A DNA stretch of 64,000 nt from Carpediemonas membranifera BICM. Lineage: Eukaryota; Protista; Fornicata. Shown piece by piece: positions 54,083 through 64,000 of the stretch (positions within the stretch are counted from its first letter, which is position 1; every line of letters begins with the position of its first letter). The position numbers and the translations under genes are program-made. The notes under the pieces were generated by a model, which did not search any database, had not been told where the DNA came from, and was given only the letters and a program-made list of their open reading frames with translations. The stretch covers positions 744,001 to 808,000 of the forward strand of contig JAHDYR010000025.1 of NCBI GenBank assembly GCA_019828565.1, read 5' to 3'.

Positions 54083-54889
54083 ATGAACCGCGAAACCGAG
54101 AAACAAGGGGAGTATGACTCTCATACCCGTAGTACAGAGGCAGCAGAGGCATGCCGACTTGTGATTGATGGTCAGATACCGATGAAATTCACCATGATGA
54201 AGATCGGCTCTTTAGATCAGCCTGTGCCATTCTATTGCAGCGCTCGCCGCATTCTTCCTCTTACCCAGGTCCTTGAAGATGTTAAGGACCACTTTGATGC
54301 TCTCGTTGTTTCCCTAGACAGCGAGCAGCCCATCTGGTTCTCCTATGGCGCCTCCGTGCTCACATTTGAGTGGACAGTTGGCGCTCTATACGACATGTAT
54401 GCCATAGACAGCCCTCCTCCGATCCCCTGGTCCGTCGAGGTCCACTTCGGGGAATACCCCACCCATTCTATCGGGAAGCCGCCCACGAAGATCGAAACAA
54501 TGGACATGCTCTCCTCCCAAGCGATCGACAGCCTTTCCTTGACCCCCTCACCGCCTGAGAGCTCTTCTGTGCGGTCATTACTCGCCCTTGCTCTCAGAGG
54601 TGAGTTCTGGCGCTTTGCCGAAGAATACGACCGTCTTCTCCCTACCGAGGGCAAGGCTGTCTTCCGGGTAGTCTCCACGTCTGAGTCCAGGCGCCCCATC
54701 GACCCGTTTCCCGTCGCCCGACGTCGGGTGGTGCCCCTCGACGACACATCGATCGGGGCAGCACTCGAGCTCCCCCATGGAGCGAGGGTGGTCTGTCAGG
54801 GTGTCAGGTTGGAGCATTACATGACCGTGGTGGATGTGTTCAAGGCGTTCTCGGCCCCAACGTTTACCGTCACCATTCTTGTCCGGTAG
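54083..54889 (+). CDS. ATG5: Autophagy protein 5 (divergent)
   Basis: DGQIPMKF, PFYCSARR..L..V..VKDHF, IWFSYGASVLTFEWTVGALYDM, PWSVEVHFGEYP and VVCQGVRL follow the ATG5 motif order. Confidence 0.8.
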   Translation: MNRETEKQGEYDSHTRSTEAAEACRLVIDGQIPMKFTMMKIGSLDQPVPFYCSARRILPLTQVLEDVKDHFDALVVSLDSEQPIWFSYGASVLTFEWTVGALYDMYAIDSPPPIPWSVEVHFGEYPTHSIGKPPTKIETMDMLSSQAIDSLSLTPSPPESSSVRSLLALALRGEFWRFAEEYDRLLPTEGKAVFRVVSTSESRRPIDPFPVARRRVVPLDDTSIGAALELPHGARVVCQGVRLEHYMTVVDVFKAFSAPTFTVTILVR

Positions 54890-54973
54890 AGACAGGTTAC
54901 CGCCCCAGCAAGCCAGTTTACGACTTTATTACTCCCTTAGATATTCCCTTAAATATACCGTCCAACAGCATAC

Positions 54974-56086
54974 TTAGAAACCCAGGTCAAGCCCGTCCAG
55001 CATCTCATCGACGGCATCGGGTTCGCTGCAGACGAAGCCTGCAGCCTCCCCCTCAGCTTCGACCCCGGCCTCGTCAAGCCCGGCCTCCTCCGTCTCGTCC
55101 AGCAGCATGATCACTGGCTCGGCGGCTCTCGTCTCAGGCCCCTTTCTCTCGGGCGTCCTCTCGCCATCCACACGGAGATCATCATCGATGAACACCTCAA
55201 AGTCTGGCTCGTCGTCGATGATCTTGGTGTAGTCTTGGGCGATCGGCCCCGCACGAGCAAGCCGCCCGAAGTTCTCCTTGACAGTGTCGTTGGGCTTGTC
55301 TCCGACCACCGCACTGAGCTGGATGCTTGTCTTGGCTAGCTTAGTGGGGCGCGATATTCCCGTGGGTCTGCTAATTCCTCCAAGCCCTCCCCCGACTCGG
55401 CTCGGTCGACTGATCCCGGAGGCGGCACCTGGCCTGATGGGTGCCTGCTTTGCCACCCTCTGGGCATCGAGGTCCATGAGGGCCGCTCTGACAGGTCTGG
55501 CGTCCTTCTGGTCGAGTATTCCAGTCTCTATACACGGCTTGACCACGTATTTCAGGTACGACTCAATGACTTCGAGCGGCTGGGCCCCGGCCTCGACTCC
55601 CTTGCGGAGCTCCTCCTTGGCGGCTTGGGGCTTGCGTTCGAGGAGGCGCATGAGTGCGCGTGCCTTGTATAGGGCAGCGACGTTGTGCCCGATGCCCTTC
55701 TGGTCGAGGAAGCGGTGCATCAATGAAACGTTGTCGGCAAAGCGTTGGAACCGGAGCCAGACACCAACATAGCGAGGGTCGTTCGTATACCTCTCGTCGT
55801 CGACGAACTCGATGATACAGGCCCGGAGGAAGGCGAATACAGTTGCCCGCTGGACCCTCTCTGTTTCATTCGTTGCATGCTCCATGACCTTGCGAATTGT
55901 AGAAGTGTATGCTGATAGATGATCATCAGTTGCTGCTTTTGCGGCGTTTAGCTCGTCCCACATGCGTTGCTCGAACGCTTTCCAGCTCTCGGTGGTCTGT
56001 AGTGCGGAGTTGAGGGCGTTTAGGTCTCTCCCGGCGGCACGCGGTAAAACATTCTCTTTCTTTTCTTCCCAAGCAAATTGCGACAT
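54974..56086 (-). CDS. MAD3: Mad3/BubR1-like spindle checkpoint protein without kinase domain
   Basis: WEEKKENVLPRAAGR (KEN1), YTNDPRYVGVW, KGIG..VAALY and AQPLE (TPR domain); second KEN; FEVFIDD ABBA-like motif. Confidence 0.88.
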   Translation of the reverse strand: MSQFAWEEKKENVLPRAAGRDLNALNSALQTTESWKAFEQRMWDELNAAKAATDDHLSAYTSTIRKVMEHATNETERVQRATVFAFLRACIIEFVDDERYTNDPRYVGVWLRFQRFADNVSLMHRFLDQKGIGHNVAALYKARALMRLLERKPQAAKEELRKGVEAGAQPLEVIESYLKYVVKPCIETGILDQKDARPVRAALMDLDAQRVAKQAPIRPGAASGISRPSRVGGGLGGISRPTGISRPTKLAKTSIQLSAVVGDKPNDTVKENFGRLARAGPIAQDYTKIIDDEPDFEVFIDDDLRVDGERTPERKGPETRAAEPVIMLLDETEEAGLDEAGVEAEGEAAGFVCSEPDAVDEMLDGLDLGF

Positions 56087-56275
56087 GCAAGTACCGTTTC
56101 CGCTTGTGTTTGGCTGGTGACCAAAATCTGCCCGAATTCTGACGACGTTTGGGATATACCAGACCCGATTCCGCAGCTGGCTGGACCAGAGATGCCGCAA
56201 TGTACCCTTTATTATCTGTATTCGTGGTTTCTGGAGCTATGCATAAAATGCACCACAGCAAGCTTGTCGGCGACG

Positions 56276-59200
56276 ATGAGCGATTCAGAGGACTTTTCAG
56301 GTTTGTGATCAAGCCACGTAGCTTATACAGACGATGGATTGTACTATTCGTCGTCCTCTGGCCAGGAGATGGACTACATGATGCAGGATCTCGAAGATGA
56401 AGACAACGGCATCACGCTGCCCGAGGAGATGACCACACGCGTTGCAGATATCATCCCGAAGGCTCGCCGCACTAACAACGTGCTTATAGAGACCCTAGAC
56501 CAGCGTTCCTCCGTCCGCCAGCTGAAGAAAGCCCCCCACGCCCTCTTTGACCTCTATCGGGGCAGGAACGCCCTCGAGCTGAAGCGGAACGCCACTCTCC
56601 ACGATCACCCGTCTGCGAAGACAGCTGTGGAGACCGTAGACGAGTACACCCAGTTTGTAGAGGGTTCTGCTGAAACCATGCCCTTCAGGGGCCCCGATGT
56701 CATCTTCAAGACGGCCGAACGCAAGGATGCAGTGTTCGTCCCCCAACGCGACATAGCGCACACATCTTTCCGGTCCCGTCGTGTTTCCCGCACGATTATC
56801 AAGGCCCCGAAATCGGACGCTATGCTGACATCGATGGTGGAGCTTGTCCCGTGGGAAAGGAGCGTTATCAGACGCACCGAGGAGTCACGCAAGGCTACCT
56901 TCGCCACCGAGGCAAACGGACCGATGGTTGCGGCATCTGTGGTGAACTCTGATGCCTCCGGGCTCAACACATGGGCCGAGATGGTCGCCAGGACGCCTGC
57001 CGACTCCGCCAAGGTCGTTACCCACGCCAAGGAGGACCCGCTCGAGATTGACTTGGCCAGCACAGTTGCCCTCCGCAAGGCCGCCGCACGGTTCATGCAG
57101 CGGACGACCCACTCCGCCCGGGACAAGGAGGAGGAGGAGCATCCATCCTTCCAGGACATCTTCAACATCTCCCAGGACGCAGTGTATCGCGCCTGGCGCA
57201 AGGGGGCGAATGTTCAGGCGGTCTTCAGGTCTGGGCACTCGGCCATCGTCATCGCCATCGCCTCACTCGCCCCGACCGGTGGTGTCGGGACCAGGATGGA
57301 GTGGATGCCCAAGCCGGACTACTGGCTCGCGTTCCACAGGCGGCGTGACCTCCTCCAGCGTCTGACTGGCCGCATGCTGCTCAGCAGGGGCCGACCCCAC
57401 GAGGTAAGCGCGGAGACCGATGTGTCCACAGTCACTTTCCCGGACCACGAGAGCCTGTCGGTCCGAGACGGCAGGACGATACTCGTCGAATACTACGAGC
57501 AGCACCCGCACCTGCTGACATCTGTGGGGATGGTCAGCTCGCTCCATACGCTGTGTGTGGGTAACTCCACTGCCCCGCCACTGGCAGGAGCGGTGAGCCA
57601 CTGCGAGAACAACGAGATTGCGGTGAAGGACAACATCCTGCTCGGCAGACTGCCCACAAACTCTGCGACAACGTATCTCCAGAACAACCTGGGTGTTACA
57701 CCAGTGGTACACGAGACCACACGCTCTGTAGACTTCCTCCTTGTACTCAACCCGACAGCAAGTCAGGGCAGGGGCGTCAGGATGAGACACGGAGTCACCG
57801 CGGCAGACTACGAGGTCAGACCGTGCCCCTACATGTTCGCGGCAGGGCAGACGGTCCCTAAGAGACCCGTGTTCGACCCAAAGGAGAGCAGCAAGAGTGC
57901 ACGTGCGGAGTTCAACAAGAACCTGGTCCGTGTCTTCTGTCACAGGCTACAGGGCGAGCAGGACGACGTTCGTCGCATAGAGATGACCGAGGTGCGCGAT
58001 AACGTAGCTCCCGATCTGACGACGACCCGGCTGAACGAGATCATGAGCCAATTCGCCCAGAAGAAGGAACACGTCCCGGGCGGTCACAATAAGATCGCCG
58101 AATCTACATGGGAAATGACTGAGTCACACCCGTCAGAGATCGAAATCGCATCTATGTTGACCCCCGAAGACTTTTGTCTCAACGAGAGCATGCGTGCAGG
58201 CCAATACAGGCTCATCCAGTGGCTCCGGAAGGTCAAGCTCGACGCTCACATCTTCAACATCCTCGCGAACGTCACGGATCACACGAGCTCCAGGGCTGTA
58301 GAGCGGCTTATCGACCTCGCCCGTCTGGCCCAGTTCGAGTTCGCGACAATGCCGTGGATTCAGACAGAGCTCTTCTACCGACTCCAGAATCGACTCCGTG
58401 ACCGCAATTTGACGAGTAAGCAGTGCCCCGAGATCATCACGCGTGCCCATCTGATCCGATTCCCCGGCAACAACTGGATCAAGGGCGGCCACGGGATCAT
58501 GCTGCTCAACGTCGCACACAGTGGCTCGTCCCACACGACGCCGCTCGCTCGGATGACTCGGAACATCGTCACATGTATCCTAGAGGGTCGCGACGACGAC
58601 CTGCTGGGCAACGGCGGGGCTCGGCCGGGTCATATTAAGGACACGAGCAGCGATCTAAGGGCGATGGATCTTTCGCAGATCAAGACCAATATTCTTCGAC
58701 TCGGGCAGACCGAGAAGGACCTGGCCGACTTTGAGCGGAAGTATCGAGACACGCCCACAGGCAAGCCGCATCGGTGGGATTGGGTACATTACCTCAAGAA
58801 CCTCTCGACGGAGAAGACGGCGATGGGTGATGCCGGGTTCGCCGCCAAGTATGCCCGCGGCGGCAGGGCCGGGACGATGGTCAATATTTCCGACCTCACG
58901 AACGCCCTGACGAAGCTCCTTCTCAGCCAGTTTGAATTACTCAAAGGCGACGTGGCGAACGGGGATGACGTCGTCGCGGCGATCAAGGGCCGCACTCAGC
59001 TGTTTGACGCCAACGATGACGACGACGACGATGTTGTCGACTTCGAGACGGCCGGCATGAAGAGCGCTGAGGCCACCAAACCCCGCCGAAAGCGGGCCTC
59101 CCAAGCGGTCATGAAGCCCTCAACCCGCAAGCCCACAGCCCTGGAGAAGAAGACTCAGAGCTACGCCGAGATTGAGCGAATCCGGTCAGGCAAGAAGGTC

Positions 59201-60043
59201 CTCACCGTCGTCCGGAAGAACAAGCGCGTGAAGAGCGAGATGGACACGATCACTGTCACTGACCCCAATGTCATGGTCGCATTCTTCGTGCTCCAGAAGC
59301 AGCTCGACGTCATCAACACAGCGACCAAGGACCTAGCAGGCGCCAACACAAGCACTGACCGGGCCGAGACGCGATCCATGCGTCGCGGCAGGTCGCCCCG
59401 CATTGAGATCCAGGATATCCTCAGGGGCATCGTGGAGCACCTGCTCGACTGGAGTTCGGACTGTCTGACCGCGTACGGCGATGAGGGAAGGACTGAGGGG
59501 CCGATCAAGCTGTACTTCGAGAACTTGCCGGCCAAGAAGTTCTTCCCGCATTACTATAAGATGATACCGCCTGAAAACCTCACGGCGCTGTCGGAGATCA
59601 AGAGGAAGTTCAGCCAGGGCGATAGCAAGACCACAGCGGACTTTATTAAGAAGATCCGGCAGATGCTCGTTAACGCCTATGCTTTCAGTGACCCGAAACA
59701 ACCGTCAAGCTGGACTACTGCGCCGAACGAGCCCGCCCCACGCAAGCCCGACGGCGTACTCGCTGCTGCCGAGATTATCAGGCGGAGCGTCGTTAAGCTG
59801 CTCCTCGCCCGACGCGAGGAGCTTGAGGGCCTCGAGACGAGGGCCGAACGGGAAGTACAAGGCAGGGAGGCCGACGAGGTGATTGACCGTGTGACCATCC
59901 CCATTGAGATCCTGGAGCGGTTCCGGGAGTCTGATCGGACTGGCCCTGGGCGGCACTTTTCTTTCATTGGCACCGACTACCCATTATTCAGGGATTTATT
60001 CGGGACTGGAGACGAGGAGGCCATGCCTGTGATCCCAGGCTGA
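56276..60043 (+). CDS. TAF1: TFIID subunit 1 with one C-terminal bromodomain; intron 56301-56330
   Basis: DIFNISQD, LSVRDGRTILVEYYEQHPHLLTSVGM, DFLLV, AGQTVP and TPEDFCLNESMRAG; bromodomain-like FPHYYKMI..LSEIKRK..F...IRQMLVNAYAFS. Confidence 0.85.
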
Positions 60044-60131
60044 GCGGGCGGTGTTTAAATACTGTTTCTTGTGGTTTGGCGTTTGTGGCAGTTTTGGCAT
60101 CGGCGATCCCCAATTTCCAAAAAATCTCAAT

Positions 60132-60775
60132 ATGCCCCTTCCTTTCGTCAAGAAGCCATTGAAGAAGGCTGTACTTAAGGAGTACGAGGAGATGTTTGTG
60201 CCCTGCTCTCTTTCGCCTCTTACTTAGGACATTCTTCACAAAGAACGAAATTCTGCGGTATGAACCCTCCAACGCCCCTTTAACACAGGATATACAAGAG
60301 ATGGGCGAAACTGTACGAGAAGAAGCACGGCAAGATCACGGACGAGCAGCTGGAAGCCGTCGACTATATCGAGCCTGCCGATGTTCAGACAATTCCCGAG
60401 CTCACGCTCAACCCCTTCGTTCTCCGCTTCTGCGAGATCTTCAGCGAGAACGGTACCGGGAACCTGCGCTTCGACGAGTTCCTCAACTTCCTCTCCTCCA
60501 TGTCGGAGGCCGCGCCGCGTGAGGTCAAGGCGCAGACGGCCTTCCGCCTCTACGATTTCGACAACGATGGGTATATCTCAGCTGAAGACGTCAAGAAGGC
60601 TGTGAACATGCTCACTGACTCCCAGCTGAACGAGGATGACCTCGAGATTGTCGCTTCTCGTGTCCTGGGTGAGGTGGACCTTGACGGCGACAGACTACTG
60701 TCGTTCGAGGAGCTGAACCGTATTCTCGAGCAGATCCCGGACTTTAAGTACCTCTTTAACATATCCCTGGTGTAA
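60132..60775 (+). CDS. Calcium- and integrin-binding (CIB)/calcineurin-B-like EF-hand protein; introns 60194-60227 and 60258-60288
   Basis: Spliced product ..KEYEEMTFFTKNEILRIYKRW..IPELTLNPFVLRFCEIFSENGTGNLRFDEFL..AFRLYDFDNDGYI..DLDGDRLLSFEE. Confidence 0.88.
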
Positions 60776-61390
60776 ATGGTCTGTAAATGTGTCATAGCCG
60801 ACGACCTCTCCTACAGCTGGGATCAGGGAGCGCTGCTTGTGTTTCTGTCGTGTAGTGTAGATGTGTCATCAGTTGCGTGTGGAGGTCGAGCTCTACTGGG
60901 GTGCCTGTCGATCCCCCATCATCACTCGCCACATGTCATTGTTGAATTTGCCTTCTTGTTGGAAGGCTCAGAGGGGATCGAGCCACTTGCTCACATTTCA
61001 GCCCCACCTAGAGACGCTTGGACTCACCACCCGGAATTGGACCATTGCCGAGGGTTGACGGCCAGCTTCTTACGGCCCACGATTCAAGGTCAAGATTGGT
61101 CAATTCAATATTTAAGCTGCCAATTGTTTAGTGAATGTAGGAATACTACACGATAGCAACAGAGAGACACCTGCGTCAAGGCTGAGTACAGTCACAAAAA
61201 TTCTTTTTCTTTCGCCCTAAATAGCCATCGAATAGAATTCGCACTTCACTGAAATATACACAGCTGGGGGCTATCAGGCAAGGCTATCACATGACCCGGT
61301 CATCCAACCCCGACTGCTACAGTTCGAGTCAAATCGATCGCGCACTTTTGCCATCACAACCATCTCACAACCTTCACAACTTATTTTCTG

Positions 61391-63073
61391 ATGCGTGCCC
61401 AGATTAGGCGGATAGGATCCATTACCAACATGATTAGCGAGCTTGACGGCGGGTCTGATGTACATGTCAACTACTTCTCCTGCCTTTCTTGCCTCCCCAC
61501 CGTGTATTTGCGCCAAATCCTCCGTGAAATCATTGAAGAGGTCCCTGAAGCCAGGGAACGCATCATCATTGAAGCGTCCAAGGCCCACGAAGCCTTCGAC
61601 GCGGTCCTGAGTGCCCTTGATGAAGTCTCGATCAAAAACGCCCACAGCATCAAGCCACTCGTCACTCGCGCGCTCTCATCCTACGACGACGAAGGCAAGC
61701 AGTCCCTCGCACGGGCCCTAGCCCTTGCTTGCGAGCTTTCCGCCACGGTGGACGTAATCCTTCCAGTCCAGCCCGCCCTCTTTGTCACGGACGCCGACGC
61801 TGTATTCTCATCCGTCATCACTGCTCTGAACGTGCTGGCCGCAGAGGTTGCTCCCCTTGACGCCCTCGACTGCCCCATTCCGCTTGACGCCGTCCGCGCC
61901 GTCTGCAAGATGACCAAGGAGTGGCCCCGGATAGTATCGTACGACGAGACCACCTGCGAGCGCTGGAACATCCCTGCTGGCTACATGAAGCCCGAAAACC
62001 TCACCCCCCTCGGCCTGGTCACTCTCAAGGCCCTCCAGCTCATGGAACGGTGGCACCATTACTCACACTCGGAGAGCCTCACCCCCGCCATGGTCAAGGC
62101 GCTGCACGCCATGCCCGGCCTGCCCATGGTCCCTCGCATGGTTGCCCGGGCGATCGAGGACATCGAGCTGCTCAGCATTGAGCATTTCGCCCATGCCGTG
62201 GCCGATGCCGTCGACGACGACGCACTCGTCGCTGCTGTTGCTGCCATCCGCCCGACTACCGCGGACCGGGCCGAGGAGCCGCCCATAGAGGAGCACCGCC
62301 AGTCCGTGCCCCCCAGCGCCGCGGACACCATCGCTGCCGTGCACATCCCCACCGCCCCAGGCAACGTGGTGAGGCACATCCTCACAGAGCTCCTGCGCCG
62401 CCACGTGGCCCTCCAGCCCCTCAGCGACAAGCTGGACAAGCGCCTCCACATGATGCTCTCCCTCGAGCAGCACTGGGGCGCCCTCGACAAGCTGATGGAC
62501 TTGGTCGACGTACCTGAGTCGGTTATCGCTGAGAGACTGCTCGCTGGCATCTACGCGGCCGTCGGTCTCGTCGAAGAGCACAGGGTTCTCCACGAACGTG
62601 CGCTCGTGTGGCTCGACGCAGGCTGGCACCTCGTCAAGGACCGCAATATCGAGAAGATCCAGGCCGCTTTCGCCGAGCAGGCGCACGATGACCGCAAGGT
62701 TGAGTGTATCCTGATGTCGATCATGGGCGATGTCATGTCTGATCTTATCCAAGGCGACCGTGTGGTCGATGACCAAAAGATCGAATCACTCCTCGTCCCC
62801 ATCCTGAACGAGGGCGAGATCAACGGCACGAGCTTCCTCAGCCAGCTCCGGGTCGACCTTGCTAAGCCAGGCCGTAAGCACCTCGCCACGGTCCTGCTGC
62901 CCCTCATCCCAGATCTGTGTCTGCCCGCGCAGATTAACTACCCCGTCCCCGGCGCCCTCGAGCTGGCCAACCCCGACCGCGTGCGGAGCGAGGCGCTCAG
63001 CCTGGCTCGGGCGGTGATGGTGGAGGAGGACTCGATCGCTGACTACGAGACTCAGTTTACATACTCGCTATAA
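61391..63073 (+). CDS. Hypothetical alpha-helical protein
   Basis: 560-aa ORF with typical codon bias; no recognised motif. Confidence 0.65.
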   Translation: MRAQIRRIGSITNMISELDGGSDVHVNYFSCLSCLPTVYLRQILREIIEEVPEARERIIIEASKAHEAFDAVLSALDEVSIKNAHSIKPLVTRALSSYDDEGKQSLARALALACELSATVDVILPVQPALFVTDADAVFSSVITALNVLAAEVAPLDALDCPIPLDAVRAVCKMTKEWPRIVSYDETTCERWNIPAGYMKPENLTPLGLVTLKALQLMERWHHYSHSESLTPAMVKALHAMPGLPMVPRMVARAIEDIELLSIEHFAHAVADAVDDDALVAAVAAIRPTTADRAEEPPIEEHRQSVPPSAADTIAAVHIPTAPGNVVRHILTELLRRHVALQPLSDKLDKRLHMMLSLEQHWGALDKLMDLVDVPESVIAERLLAGIYAAVGLVEEHRVLHERALVWLDAGWHLVKDRNIEKIQAAFAEQAHDDRKVECILMSIMGDVMSDLIQGDRVVDDQKIESLLVPILNEGEINGTSFLSQLRVDLAKPGRKHLATVLLPLIPDLCLPAQINYPVPGALELANPDRVRSEALSLARAVMVEEDSIADYETQFTYSL

Positions 63074-63431
63074 ATGATATATAACAGTTGGATGCACATG
63101 GAGGCGGGCTAGCGTATATCGGGACTGGACGGCACAATGGTCTCTTGGGGACGGGATGCCGCGGCACTTCTTCTTAATATCGCGGGGGATTTGATGGAGC
63201 AGACGGTCACACATCAAAACACGATACTAGACTGCAAACCGGCAGATGGTCGACCGAGTTGCAGATGGATGGATGACATTCGATATCACTATGACAAGGC
63301 ATGAGATTGAATTGTGAGAAATTTGGGGAGGCTGGCACGAGGTGTCGGCAGATTGGCTCGTTAACCCGCTCCAAGATGACAAACGTAATCTCAAGTGACC
63401 CCAACCGATCAAAACTAGAAATGATTGGTTC

Positions 63432-64000
63432 ATGAATTCCAACATCATCGTTCCGGCTCTCCCTCCATCTATGACAGTAGAGGACAACTTGGTTGAAGAG
63501 ATGGATAGTTTGCGTCAGGAATATCTTCGGCGTTACAAGAAGCAGAGCGACAACTTCCAGGGAATGAAGACTGAGCGTGATAGCTTCGAGCAGGAGAAGG
63601 TTAGCCTGGAGCAGCAGATCTTGCAGTTGAACCGTGATCATAAGCGCGAGCTTTCCGAACTGCAGCGCCTTGTTGACCGCACCAACCGCCAATCAGCTGT
63701 GAATGACCAAACTCTCCGTTCCAAGGACGCCGAGCTCAAGAAACTCCAGGCCACCCTCCACAACCTCGAAGCAGACACTCACGAGCGCGAGGTAGCCCAA
63801 GAGAAGCTCCTAGCCACCGCCCAGGCCAAGGTCCGCTCAATGGAAGACCAGCTCGCCGCCCGGGCGAACGACCTAAGAAACAGGGACACCCGCATCGCGG
63901 AGCTCGTCAAGGAGAATGGGACCATCAGAAAGCAGCAGGCGGCGGCTCTTGTGCGAACCCAGAAGCAGTACGAGGGGGAGTCCCGCGAGCAGGGTGCGCT
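63432..64000 (+). CDS. Coiled-coil protein (3'-partial; 5' exons unresolved)
   Basis: Frame MNSNIIVP..EMDSLRQEYLRRYKKQ..LEQQILQL..KDAELKKLQATL is open to the window end. Confidence 0.6.
   Translation, partial: MNSNIIVPALPPSMTVEDNLVEEMDSLRQEYLRRYKKQSDNFQGMKTERDSFEQEKVSLEQQILQLNRDHKRELSELQRLVDRTNRQSAVNDQTLRSKDAELKKLQATLHNLEADTHEREVAQEKLLATAQAKVRSMEDQLAARANDLRNRDTRIAELVKENGTIRKQQAAALVRTQKQYEGESREQGA

Noticed and set aside
1-64000. tRNA, rRNA or snRNA genes; alternative genetic code
   Set aside because: None recognised by eye. Conserved genes end at TAA, TAG and TGA and translate correctly with the standard code.

Overview
Compact, GC-rich eukaryotic nuclear DNA with about 28 densely packed protein genes and very short (28-47 nt) spliceosomal introns. 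It encodes flagellar proteins (CFAP44, a kinesin) and an anaerobe-type flavodoxin-ferredoxin. My inference, not established from the sequence, is a free-living flagellated metamonad such as a Carpediemonas-like organism. Recognisable genes: kinesin, 6PGL, histone H2A.Z, an MFS transporter, CFAP44, pecanex-like, S8 protease, PP2A-B55, TMC channel, Trm10, RPS11, Sec22, a Rad51 paralogue, Ufd1, a sirtuin, DUF229, ATG5, Mad3, TAF1 and CIB. Highlights: (1) a 304-aa VMA-type intein with intact splicing motifs and a decayed homing endonuclease, inserted in the Walker A P-loop (GK|T) of an XRCC3-like Rad51 paralogue; (2) a relic Fanzor (eukaryotic TnpB-type RNA-guided nuclease) with a structured 3' region and a 36-nt direct repeat; (3) tiny introns with a fixed TNAYNYAG 3' end, one apparently using a non-canonical GT-GG boundary; (4) a mosaic RCC1-like multigene family with shared sequence blocks and an inverted chimeric fragment; (5) a 1.34-kb inverted duplication whose second copy is flanked by 27-nt direct repeats; (6) an ATG5 apparently lacking its conjugation lysine. 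All family assignments come from motif recognition by eye, not database searches.
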